Assembly (NCBI GenBank): GCA_051362555.1
Contig: CM120644.1
Location: forward strand, 10,872,567 to 10,936,566
Direction: 5' to 3'
Origin: Lingula anatina
Taxonomy: Eukaryota; Animalia; Brachiopoda
Length of the DNA: 64,000 nucleotides
Below the pieces are notes generated by a model that saw nothing but the letters and a program-made list of their open reading frames with translations, was not told the DNA's origin and did no database searches. Numbering within the stretch: the first letter of the stretch is position 1; every line of letters begins with the position of its first letter. Position numbers and translations under genes: made by a program. This document shows, in pieces, positions 14,501 through 28,273 of the stretch.

Positions 14501-17500
14501 TCAAAAATTGGCACAAACTTCTCAAATGAGAGCATTCAATTAAAAAACGTACAGTGAAAATTTGGCACGAACTGCCTAAAAGAGGATATTCACAAAAAAG
14601 TTGCACTAGTCCTGTATTAACTCCTACACTGTGTATCATAAATATGCACTTCACGTTTCCATAGATCCTGTGTCTAGATCTCAAAACTGATAGGATGGAT
14701 GCTGGCGACATGACAATACTGAAGATGACTGTGTTTATCTATTGGAAACAGTCCACCATAAAAACCACATTATATCTAGGGTATGCTGCACAAGGTGCTT
14801 GTGTGATGTTTGGCGATAATTTGTCTGTTTGTGTTTTGACTTGAGTTTTTTTTTTCCTTTTTGGTGTTTATGTGTTTATACGGATCCTTCACGATAAATT
14901 TATGTTATTTTTGTTTGAGTTCCGATTCATGTATATGACACTTATAATTTTTGTTTTTGTGAATGGGTACGTGTGTATGTATGTGTGTGCATGTGAGAGA
15001 GATAGAAAAAAAGAGAGATAGAGAAAATGAGACATAGAGAGAAAAGAGAGGGAAAGAGCTGGGAATCAATTAAACTTGACATTTTTGGTCATATAAGCTC
15101 CAACATTTAGCAATAATTTTTAATACAGTTTCATGTGCCTAATAAAATAAGGGTTCCAATATCAAAAGCCACACATTCCCTGATAAAACACCATCATTTA
15201 ATACTTACCTAAATAACTGTCATCGTATTCCTCCGACCCTTCACTTGTTTTTGGCATGTCTCTTCGGTCGTTCAGATTTATAGAAAAGAGCTGGCCTGTA
15301 AAATAATAGCAATGAGTTTGAACTGCTGGTAATTATTATGAAAATCTTTCTTAATACTAGTACTTTCTTTAATGCCTGGACTACAGCCAGACTAATTGGA
15401 GGGATAATAGAAAGTTGCATTGTACATGTGCTCACCAAGGGTTTCAAAGGATACTGGAAACAGCAGTGGCTAGTAAAGCTGAGTTTCCAGTTTTCTCTTA
15501 ACACAGGGTGCATGCATGTACTCAGACCACAATGACTGCCATATAAGATTGCTTAAGATGTTCACTGCTCATGTGCAGACATGAAGATGTAGCTTGTCAC
15601 AACTACCAGTCACATAAAATTAATATATGCTAGACATATTAACACTAATCTAGTTACAGTAAGACCCCATTTCCATATATTTTAGATCCATCTATCCCTT
15701 TGGGGAGTCTCACTAGATTACTGTCAGCTTAGCCGGCTTAAGCGTCTGTCACGCCTACTGAGAGCTGTAAGGGGGTAATTAACTATGGTGTGCACTCGGC
15801 TGACTGCAATTTAGCTTGAACCCCCAGGGAGTTAGGTCGATCTAAATCTTAATACTTGGATCGATCTAAATCTCTGGGAATACACCCTAAGTCCATGAGC
15901 ATCCCTCCTGACATATACTATTAACACAGCACAATACTAAAACGTAAACTTCATCTCTCTCATTACACAAGTTAACATTGTAATAGTCATATTACTATTT
16001 AAACAAGAAGGAACCACTGTCTTCCAATTAACTATAATTAACCAAGCAGTAAGATACAGTGGATCAGGGCACACTTACTTCACACTGTTTCTGGCAAGTA
16101 TTCAATTTGCACGTTTTAGTTTTAACTTTTTAGCCTGAATGTCCCCTTTCTGATAAATGTAAATACATAAATACAGAGTTATTCAAGCTACGTTTCAAAC
16201 TTCTCAGCCTTATTAAGTGTAACAGAGGCTTTAAAAAGTGCCACACTTTTTTCAGACACAGCACCACCCCTACCATCAAACTTTCTGCATGGAATGAAAA
16301 GTAAGAAGTTTGTCATTTTCTGCCTGGGATTTACTTAGTTATATGTTGAAATCTCAGTTCATGGTCTCAGACCCCATTCCCAGAGATTAGATCGATCTAC
16401 TTTAGATCGACCTAACTCCCTGGGGGTTCAAGCTAGATAGCTGTCAGTCGAGCGGGCACGAAAGTTAATTACCCCCTTATAGCTTGTAGTAGGTGGGACA
16501 GACATTTAAGCTGGATTATCTGACAGTAATCTAGTGAGACTCACCACGGGGATAGATCGATCTAAAAGCTCTGGGAATACGCCCTAAGTTAGTGCTGATG
16601 TGAACTGTGAGCAAAGCATTCTTCAGAAATAATAGAGGGCACTGTCCATAAGATGTGACCCCCCTGTTTTTGTAATAAAGATATCGCTATCCCAGCTCTT
16701 TGTTCCAGCAATAAATATAATGGACTGGTTATTTTTTTCAACAAAGGAAGCTTTATTCATGAGACTGGCAGTTTAATATGAGCACTTTTTTGTAGAATTA
16801 ATATGACAAAGGCAGCAGTTCACACAAATGTGGAAGAAATTTAGAGTCAACCTTAGTTGGCATATCAAATGTGCATTAGTTGTTTCTACCCATCCTTTTC
16901 CTGACATTTAACTACTGTGGTACTTGCATTGTTTTTTTTTTTTTTTTTTCTTTTTTTTTTTTTTTAATTTTTCGGCTGAAATATTTCACATTTCCATTTT
17001 TACAGGTTATCATGACCACTCATCTGAAAAAAATATAAACAAGGCCAACATGAGCGGAAGTCTTTGAGAGAAAGATTTTATCTCTTTTTTTAATGTCTTA
17101 TACATTTGCAAGTATTTAAAATTGAAAAAGCAAGTCAAACTGAGACAGGACATGTAAGCAAAAAACTTCTCTCCACAGATTAATAAGAACCAGATTATAA
17201 CCACTTCCATGGCTGCCATTTGGCAATGTTTAAATCTGACTGAGAGTCACACAGGCCGAAAAAATAGTCAGGAAGTGGACAAAGGTCATAACTACAAGTG
17301 GTGCAGGGCACAGATTGTGCGGTCAGCAGCCCTTAACATGGATATCATAATTGTGGTAGTAATTTTTGACCAGTATGCCACCAAAACTGGCCTCTCTCTA
17401 ACCCCAATAAATTTCTGGCCCCATATGAAGAAGAGCCTTCATTTCCTATCATAATTTTGTGTTAAGGCTGTTAAATTCATGTTCAGGATAAATATTACTT

Positions 17501-19873
17501 GGGCTTGTAATGCAGAAAATGTAAAATGTTTTAAATAAATACTTTTTTTCCAATTTAACATTTATTTGGGTTCAAAGAAATAAAGAATTAATAAGCTTAA
17601 ATAAATGAAAATGCTTCCATAAGCATAACACTCAGCTCAGCAATATCAATTGCAATCAACCTGGTGAGTCCACAGTTTGTCCAGCATGTAAACCAGAGCA
17701 GAGTATTAAGGTTCTGCGTGAAAAAAAATTGTGAATAAAACCCATGGCATTTAATGCAGATAAGAGAACCATTTCCCCTGAGAACATAGCCCTGGGTTCA
17801 ATTAACATACCTGGTTGAAAAAACTAACACAGGTTTAGGGAAATAAACACCATTTGGGAATGGCTACTGCAGGGACACCCTGAGTTGGCACTGGGGAGAT
17901 AACTGATAACAAACCTTTGCATTATCAGTACTATCGGCACTGAATGATCCCGAATTCCCCAGTAGATCGGACCACTCTACCCATTTTCAATGTGTGCATC
18001 AGTATGCATTTCGGAACAAATTTTGAGATGAGATGCACTATTTTCCAACCCCGCTCAGAATCATCACTATCACATTGCATACTAGGCAAGAGCAATGTCG
18101 CATCTGATACTTTGAAGTGTGTACTGACACACACCTTGAAAACGGATAGTGTGGTCCGATCTACCGGTAAATTCAGGATCATTGGGTGCCAAGTCTTGTA
18201 GTTGGGTAGGCCTTCCTGTGTCATTGATGGAAACTGTGAAACACAGGGTGGTAGTATAGCTGGCCATGCAGAAATGGAGGCATGTCAGTGTGGCTGAGAA
18301 TCTGGTTTCCTTATGACCCCCTCCCCCAAAAAATTGATAATCCTTAAGAGACCAGGGCCCCATAACTCGGAAGCATAGTGCATTGCGACCGAACGCAAGC
18401 ATCTTGATTCCATAACTCGCCCATACTCACCCCATATAATACATTGTAGCCTCTATGTGATATCGTTATTCGCAATATGCGATGCTTTCTAATAACAGGG
18501 CCCAGCCTATAAACAATTGTCATCTTACAAATTTAGTCTTGATAACTTACCTTGCCAGTAGTAGGCTCCGACAGCACCAACCAACAGCCTTTCTCCATCC
18601 TAAGTGATATTAATAAAAGACATAAGTTTAAGTTATCTTTGTAGCCATTATTACTGCAGAAATAAATATGGTTCTTTACTGATTATTAACCCAACATGAC
18701 AGATTATTATGCAACATACTGGTATAATATAAAAAATATCACATAAAACTAGTGGTAAAACATACAATAGATTATTTTGAAGTACAATATTGAAATAGAA
18801 AGATTATAAATGCTTAGATCTAACAACCCCAATCACCAACTGCAAACCTTGGTATATAAATTTAAGTACAAGGTGGAAAAGCATTCAAGAGAAAGGTAAA
18901 AAATGGTCCACCGATTCTCGTCAAAATATTTTAACGATTGTATTCAGAGGCATCAGAAGTTCAAAGCACCAGTAACATTGCAACACAGTGACAACTTCAC
19001 TACCAATCATTTACCTTCATTTTGGCAATTCATTCATTCATTTAAAAAGGTCTACACAGTATGCTTATTTATGATGATTAGAATTTAATGCACAAAGATA
19101 ATAGTTTTTTAGAATCACCTAATATTATAATATGCGAATTAAACTTCTAGCAAATAAATCATAATTTTCTAGAGCATTATGGGTTGATATTTGTTTTTAA
19201 TAATAAGCCCTACTACTAAAAATGAATAAAAGCCAAATTTTACTATGAAAAATTAATATTTTGGTTATGGAGTATTTATAAGGAGATATTTAATTATATA
19301 ATGACAGGTACACTGGATTTTATAAATACAATTAATATGTGAAAACACTATAAATTTTATAGTGCTGTGAAGCAATTTTATTACTCTATCTGTTGTTAAA
19401 TAAATAATTGTTATGTATCTAGTTAACATAAATAGAATGGCTGTGCACAAATAATAATTATCATACCACGTCTAGTTTCAAAGCTTCAACCAAAGTGATA
19501 CAAGAACATACCTTTTTAAGTGTAGATTCAGCATTTAAGAACCTAGTGAACAAACCAGATGATTTTTTTTTCCAAATCAATTCCAATAAATGTGGTTTTT
19601 CCATTAGGCATAAGAGGTAACACTTTTCTGAGGTGAAAATAATCAATAACTCATTAGAGACCTATCAATAGTAGTTGGGTGTGCCCATTATTTATTGGTC
19701 TAAATTGAATTTGGTTTTTAGATGGGGCCTACATGTAGGTATAGCTAACATTCATCAAGCTTGTGAAGTGTTTGTTTTCATGTTTATGAAGCTGAATGCC
19801 ATTCCCTGATTTCTGTATTCACAAGCTGAAAGCTGCTTTTCATTTCCTTTTTCTATTAATTCTACTTTTTCTG

Positions 19874-19913
<40 letters not shown>

Positions 19914-22252
19914 ATAGGTTAAGCTATTTTGTAAAGGGGGGGAGGGGGGGGTAAATTGCCACTTCCATTATTATGGCTTCAGCACTAACACCCAAGCTGC
20001 TCCCAGACACATGCAATATGTACTAGTATAAGTAATAACCCATATATACATGCACAGGTATGCTGCCTGTATTCCCCTCTTTCGTACTAAGTTTTACTGG
20101 CCTACAGCTTATATTGACACCTTCCAGATCACTTCAGACAAAAGTTGACATCTAAAAGACAAGAACACTTTGAATTTCCCTGAGAGCCATTAAAGCAAGG
20201 AACAGCTAGACAACCTGATGGATTAATTTCCCAGAAATCAATTGGGCAACAAAGAAAAGATTTCCATCACTGTCCAAGTAGCTGTAAATTTTCAAGAAAG
20301 TAATGAGACATCACAGGAAGACAGGGGTCTCTGGTGAGCTTGGAATTCAATTTCCAGGAATATATTGCTCTGTCAGCTAAGACCTAACCCGCCAGTTTAA
20401 AAAGTGCAAAAAAAAAAATGTCCACTGATGGTTCTTAAACATACCTTACTACTTAGCAATATTCAATGTCAGACCTTTTGCCATTGATTTTGGATGGGTC
20501 ATCTTTTGGTAACAGTCATTATTTCACATGACATAAAATGCAATTTGTCATTTATTTATCATTAAAATTGAAATACAGGCAATCCTCAAATGCATTTCAG
20601 CTTGGGCAATGATTTTTCACTACGGAGGTTATTTCCCATTTTTTTTCTTCAGTCTTAATTATAAGTGCAAACATAGCCTCATTTAAAAAAGCTTTACACT
20701 AATCACCAAACCCCACAATTCCCCAGATGTTGTTAACCCCAGGGGGTTCATCTGATGAGGCAGATTAAAGACATTAAGTCATGTTACCTGAGCTCACACC
20801 TGGGGAACTCTCCCACTATCTGTACCTTCCTGCCTTACACCTGTTCTATCTGCCCTGCTGCCAAATATCTGACTCAAAAAATGTGGGATTATCTTTGTCA
20901 TAAGCTCTGGAGCCAGCTCATAAAAGAACTTGAGTATTACCAGAATTCAGCATGAGCATGCCTTCAATACTTGCCTGATATGTGTGTAGACCTGGACATT
21001 TTCCTTTCTAAATTTGCCAGCCATTGAAAAAAAATTAGCACCTGCAGTCTTCTACCTTAACTATAATATAACACATGTTCTCAGTGCACTACCTAACACA
21101 TGACTGAGGAAAGTTTGACTTATCTTCATAGGAGACTCATCGAGTTTTTTTATATGAGTCTGATATTTCTAGAACCTTCTAATTCATTCTTCTTTCTGTA
21201 TATTCCCAAATTCTACTCATTAGCAAGAATTCAAAACAATTTAAACTTGAAATTTTATTGTTGTTCAACTTGATTATTTATCAAATCAAATATTCATTTT
21301 TATCATGCCGCTTAAAGGGATAATAACTCTTCGTTTTAGCCAAAAAAATGAATTTTCCTGCAGTAAACAACAATTTTCCCATACTTACCAATGGTTAATG
21401 AATCCATTTTTACATTCAAAGTTAGTCCCTGTTTTTTTTTTCTAAAATGTTTGTTTTTTTGTTATAATCTCTTAAGAGATTATAACAGAGTATAGCCATC
21501 AATGGAGGTCATGTGGTCTAAAGACAAGCTCAGATATCAGAATAATAGCTATAACTGCAGTTTTTGTGGTACAACAGAATATATTATATTTCTATGAGTT
21601 GTTCACAATGTTTTGATTATGAAATATAGATCTCATACGAAGAGTTATTATCCCTTTAATGCTTTGTTCAAAGTACAACACTTTTGTTTCCCTTAATCAA
21701 TTCTTCATTCTCGACCAGATTTCTATTATCTGTTCTTACCACACATCTGAGTCAGAAAAATGAGACCTTATCTTCATTTCCTTCAGCTTTTCAGCTAGGT
21801 ACATTTTTTTCCTTTGGGAAGAATTTTTATTTCACACTGTCTGACTATGTTATGACTAAATGCATATCAATTTCTTTAAAATTCACTAAATCATTCCTAC
21901 TTCCTGACATAGAACACATTTTGATAACAAGTTCTCACTTAATTCTGTCTTTTTTTATAACAAGGTAATTATTTCATTAGGCACTTATGTACAAGTAACT
22001 TAAATCCCTTTAATTTGGTGGATAATTGGATTTCAAAACAAACTAGGAAGTCTCCCCACATACTCTAATGTGTGTATATCCTCACTTGTCTAGGCCCATA
22101 TCTGCCTTGTACAGAGCTCCATTTATTGGGGAAAATGTTGCGATGAAACCACAAAAACCAAATCCTGAAAGGCAGACTTCTGATATCATCTCTCTATCTC
22201 CCATACTTTTATGTCCTTTTCCTGTCTGCATTACACTAGTACATCCCAAACT

Positions 22253-22302
<50 letters not shown>

Positions 22303-25300
22303 TCTCTCTCTCTCTCTCTCTCTCATCTTCACCCTTCTTCCTTAAATTCGCCATTGCCCACCTCTCATTCAGCAAAAATCCAGGAGGGAATTCCTTTATC
22401 ACCTGAGAGAAAGAGACAGGTGATAAGGAGTCCACATTGGTCAGATATGAAATACCTAGAATTTCCTAGACATGACCAATAGAAATCACCATAAAGTATG
22501 GCTATACATAGTCCTGGACAGTCCTCTGTGTACATTAATAGATGCCACTCCATTTTACATGCCATTGTTCTCAAAATACCCCTTTGTAGTGACCTTATTT
22601 CAAAAAAACATTTTTTTTTTTTTTTTGGGGGGGGGGATAACAGATATTAAGGGGGAGAGAGAGTACGAAACTGAACTATGCCCCCCTCTCTTCATAAAAT
22701 CCTGAACCCAGCCCTAATAATAAGCTTTGCTTGAAAATTCCTCCAACTATACCCACACAAACTATTCCTCAACACTGACTTTTCTAAAGCCTTCACTACA
22801 GACCAATTTATTTATCTAATCTCTCACCCATCAATTTTGATTTTTATTTATCATTTCTGTCTGAAGTGCTGCCCTGATTAAGAATAGGAAATAACATGCA
22901 AATACCTGATGTGCAGTCTCTCACCCTTTTTTTCTGTGAGATAAACTATCTGAAATGACTGGATTGAAAACCATTTCCCAATCAGTGACACTGAATTCCG
23001 CAGTAATCACTCTCTGGGCTTTATCCCGTCACTGGAAACCTGGACCACTCAGCCTAAGATCTCTTCTCAAAGCTTTCAAATTACAAGCCAAATTCACACT
23101 GTGGACATCCAGAACTTTTCTGAACTGATCCAATTGAAGTAAGGGATACCATTCAACATTTTTGCTGATTGCAATAAAAATGGTGGCTAGACAGCAAATC
23201 ATCAAGCAATCAATTTTCAGCACAATGTAAACCTGAGTCAACAGATTTACATTTGGTCTTAAGTATTTGTAACTTTGACCAACTGAGAAGTGATCTGCAG
23301 AAATCCACTGTGAACTTGTCTCTAGTCTATATATACTAAATCCTCCCTAGGAATTTCAACCTCTTCACCCCTTCCTGACCTGTACTTCATTCATTAAAGC
23401 CATAGCCCTGTATCACATCAGATTACTGAGAGCTGGTATTCCTCTGGAATGATTTGCTTTAGAAAAAACAACAGAGAGAGAACATGATGCTCATCTATTA
23501 CTGATGATAGATGATGCTCATCTATCATCAGTAATGTTTTGATTTCTACTAATTTTTAAATTCTCTCTCTTTCCCCCTCCCCCCCCTCTCTCTCTCTTTC
23601 TCTCTCTCTCTCTCTGCAGGTGGTCTTGGTTCAGTTTAATTGGTGTTCTTCATCAATTACCTTGTTAAATCTCTGTAAACTACAGGTGACTATTAAGTTG
23701 TTTAAAGCTAGAAGTGCAATTTGTCAAAATTAAACCTCCTTAACATTTGTCTGGACCAATCATCCTGTCAAAGCGTGTTAAGTTAAACCATTTCATCTCC
23801 AACAAACTCTCAGCATTGCACTCTTGCATTCCATATCACAGGCCACTTGGGAAAATTGAAATTAGCCAATTTTCTCTGATCTCAATTCTTTTCTTTTCAA
23901 ATTTTTTTTACACATTTTGGTCAAGAGCATATAATACAGTTCCTCACATTTTTGCCATTTCTGCTGACACTAATTAGTTCAAATATTTCCACACATTTCT
24001 TTTTCAAAAAAATTCTAAAATCCCTTGCCTGTTGTACATAATCTGGCTCCTAGCAAAAATTTATTCAGGTATTTCTAATTATTTTTAGATGTGAGAAACT
24101 TAGAAAGATTAGTGTAATTTTTACACATGATAGTCTGATTTCTGAAAAAAAGGTCCAAATTCAGCAACCATGTAATGACTACCGAAATACGAGAAGGATA
24201 ATCTACCCAAAGTATTCAAAATGCAGCTTGGTATCAGAGAGCCGGGGTAAGCTTTTGCAGAGATAATATGAGCTCTTGCTTTTAGAATACTCTTTACTGG
24301 TTATTTTCTTAAGATTCTAACACTGGGTTACTGTATTTCCAAATTAATTGGGTACATTTCTCTCAATTTGAGCTTTATTTTCTTTCAGTAATAGTATATG
24401 GTATCAGCATTCGTTCCCCCACAGTTTGGACAAATAAAATGTTTCTTTTGCCTACATTAACAGAGAGAGAACGTCCATAATTATTTAGTTAACAATAAAC
24501 CTTTAAATTAAGATACAGGAACAAGATGCAATTCACTGTTTGAAAGATAATCTGAAATTAAAATTCATTAACATTTATTTAACCATGAAAAAAAAAGGAA
24601 AAAGAATTGCTCAGGCTCCATAGTTTTCATACAAAAGAAAAGCACCTAAATGAAGCAAAAGAAAGATAATTAACGAGTCAGGTAACAAGATCTCCAGAAA
24701 GTTTTTTTAAAAACACCAAACAAAGTGAGAAACCAAATAACAAGATAGACCTCATTTTCCATGCAATGTTTGTTTGCTCCCTTTTTTAACCTCCCCCAAC
24801 CCAGAATTTTTCTTTGTGTGAAAAAGAGCCACTTATAAATCCACTTATAAATGTCCTGTCAAAGTGACCCTTCTGTAGTAATTACCCAGTGTGTGCTATT
24901 TATAGCCAACCAGGGAATTCTCTCCCCATTTTTGCTACCTATGGCAGCAATAAGAATATAACCTCTTTACAACTTTTTGGGGAACCAAACATATTTTGCC
25001 AATAATGTGATAAACACATTAGAATGATTGCAAAAACATAATACATTTGATCCAACACTGTATAACAATCAAAGAAAGAAGACTGTAAAACAATCAAATA
25101 GAGAAGCCCAATGAGAATTGACACTGAGAAGGAAAACCTGTCCTGTATATTGTAAATAATCACTCCTTGCCACAGTGTAAGGCCTTGTTCGTTAAAATGA
25201 CACTGCCTCTTTCTGCAGATTATAGCCACAAGAGGCAAATATGATAAAAACCAACAAAATTTATTTATCACAAAAATGTCATATCATACATACTAATGCA

Positions 25301-25669
25301 TTACCCCAGTTTATGTGTGACAGAATCCTCTTTGGGAATTTCTTGCAGAAAGTTGCAGAGTAAGGCCTTAAACTGCGACAACATCACCTCACCCCACCCC
25401 GCTCTGCCCCACCCCCTCCATTACCCCCAGGTTTCCCTCCACAGGTCAGCAAACCAGGAGTAGAATAGAGAATCAATCAATGTAGAATAAAGAAGCATAC
25501 TAACAATTAACACCGCACTGAAGCCTGCCTGACACGACCCCTGTCTGTGATAGCCCCAGGCCGCTGGAAAGGACAGAGACAGCTGAGATGGACTGTGCAT
25601 ATGGAGATTCTGGTGATATCATGTGGGGAGAGGAGGGAGACTGTCCAGTTGCTCTCTCTCTCTCTCTCT

Positions 25670-25718
<49 letters not shown>

Positions 25719-25830
25719 ACGCACGCACAGCCAAATTAACACACAGTCAATGGCTTACTCTCTATCACACCCACACATAATTTTTTTCACTTTCTCACTC
25801 ATTTAAATTATCTCTCCCACTCTCTCTCTT

Positions 25831-25883
<53 letters not shown>

Positions 25884-28233
25884 CACACACACACACACAC
25901 ACACACAGGATTGCGAGAGAACATCTGGACAGTTGCATAGGACAAGGGCTGGACATACAGATGACCACTGCCATCTACATTGAAGCTGCTGTTAGTATTT
26001 CAATTAGTAATTTTACTACAAAGCATGCACATAACATGCATTTATAATTATAGTACTCATTCAACATGCGTAACGTAGTAGCAGGCAGCAAGCAAGCATG
26101 CACGACGCACGATGCATCTCTAATGCACAAGGTACTGGTGCACTTACAACTGATGCAAAAACCAAGTACAACAGCCTGGGGTTAAAGATGAGAGCAATAC
26201 TTATTGGACTTGCTCATGTTTTAACAGTAAATCTCAGTTCAATTATGAACAATTTTCTTTTCAGCAAAAGAACACATTAAACTTTTTTGTCAATTTTTTT
26301 CAATTTAATTTGGCCTAAAATATCTAATATTGTTTCTACCATAAATTCCTTCCAAAAGTGAATCCAGAATTGATTTATTAATTCAATGATTGATTGAGTT
26401 ATTAAATATTTATGCATTACTGCTCCAATGACCCTGAATCTCAGGCTTAATGTTGTACTGATTTTGGCTGTGATTTCCTAAGTAAACTTACATCCCCAAG
26501 AGAGGCAGACCAGCCTTGCATGCAGAACCCCTGCTTGTGATACTGATCTACGGTACTCGTCAGGAAGTCCACGGCTGATGATGAAAATGAACACGCCATG
26601 TAGTTGAAAAAACATGTGAAATATCAAGATGATACGGTAATTATTCAAAAATTTCAAACCTGTCACGTCAAGGAAAGAAATCTATCAGTCTTGTTTAGAA
26701 ATTAATGAATAATTACCATAAGTGTGCTGACACCCTGAGTCCCAAGGTAAGTATCTACTCACTTCCCCTGAGTCTGTGGACTAGCTCCACATGCCGCACT
26801 CATGTTTAGCTATCATGGCATTTTCCACAGCTTATGACTTTTATGAAATTGGTGCAATTTAAATGAAAAAATATTATGCTATGCAATTCATTACTGTTAA
26901 ACTGTGTGCTTATCAGCTATGATAATAGAATATATATTCAGGACGTAAACACTTGATTGCAATTGTCTCCAATAAAACAGTACAGTTGACCTCAAAGTTT
27001 GCACAATGAGGGTAGCAATCAAGCGACCGTTTCCTGTTTCAAACCAACTAAAACACAGCTCTTGACATGCTTTTCATTGCATGTGTGCTGTCATTACCAT
27101 GGCAACAGTGATTTAATTCTTTCATTCTATACAGAATAGCGTAAACATGATTTTCTTTTTGTTTTCCAATTTTCATTTCTGTCTTTTACTTTTCTTAAAT
27201 TGTTTAACTACACACAGTTTTAGAAGTAAAATTTTGAATTACCAAATTTATTGATTTGCCCTGATTTTAGGACAAGAAAAAAACATTTTGTGAAATGAAT
27301 GTGAAGGGAAATCAGAAATGAAAACAAAAACAAAAAACATATGTTATCAACTTGAAACTAAAAAGTAAAACAACTTAAAAGTCTACATACTATAACTAAA
27401 CTGCGGAAAACTATAGAGCAAAATAAACTAAACAAAAACTATGTTGCTACATTATAAAAAAATTAAGTCTCACAAACTATTTATAAAAACTAAGTAACTG
27501 TTTAATATGAACAAAACAAACTAAAAACTAGTCTGAAGCAAAACTATAAAACTAAAAATAAATGTTAATCTAAAAGCAAAATATAAAAAAAAATAAATAA
27601 TGATAATAAACTTTTATTTATGACATTTTCCTGAAAGTCAAAACATGTAACACAAGAAGAACAGACAGCAATGAAATCAAAAAGATTGTATACCATATGT
27701 GGCTTACCAATAATCAACTGTTCATGAGTGTAACAAAGTTAAAGTAGTTAACTAATCACCCTGTCTTTCAAAGTTAACAAGAAAACAGTATCTAAAATTA
27801 CAGGCTGGCCCTACAAACAGATAGGTTTCCAGCAAACTTAGGGTGCTTTTACTACATATATTATCGAACAGTAAATAATCGTTCTAGACTGATATAAGCA
27901 TAATTTGTCACTATGAATGAACTCACATGTTCGGCATGGCGAATATTCAATAAACCGCGTGGCATTGTTGCTGGCGACGTAGCACGTGCCCACAGGTTCT
28001 CGTTTGTCTAAACCACGCGAGAAGTAGACATACCGCGGCGCACACGCCTGGAAAGAAATACACTCTCAAATATTAGTAACAGATTTTTCCTTCTTATTGG
28101 GATATTAGCGGATTATATGAAGAATCCGAAGACCAATGTAAAATTCTGAAAAATATGTTGTATTTTATCAAATTATTTATTCATCTTCAATTTGTCGAAC
28201 TTTAAACCGGGTAAATGACGACAGAGTGTAATT

Positions 28234-28273
<40 letters not shown>

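Noticed and set aside
24886-24938. Segment reading [17 protein letters not shown], faintly like exon 6
   Set aside because: Phases incompatible with exons 5 and 7; similarity limited to GER.
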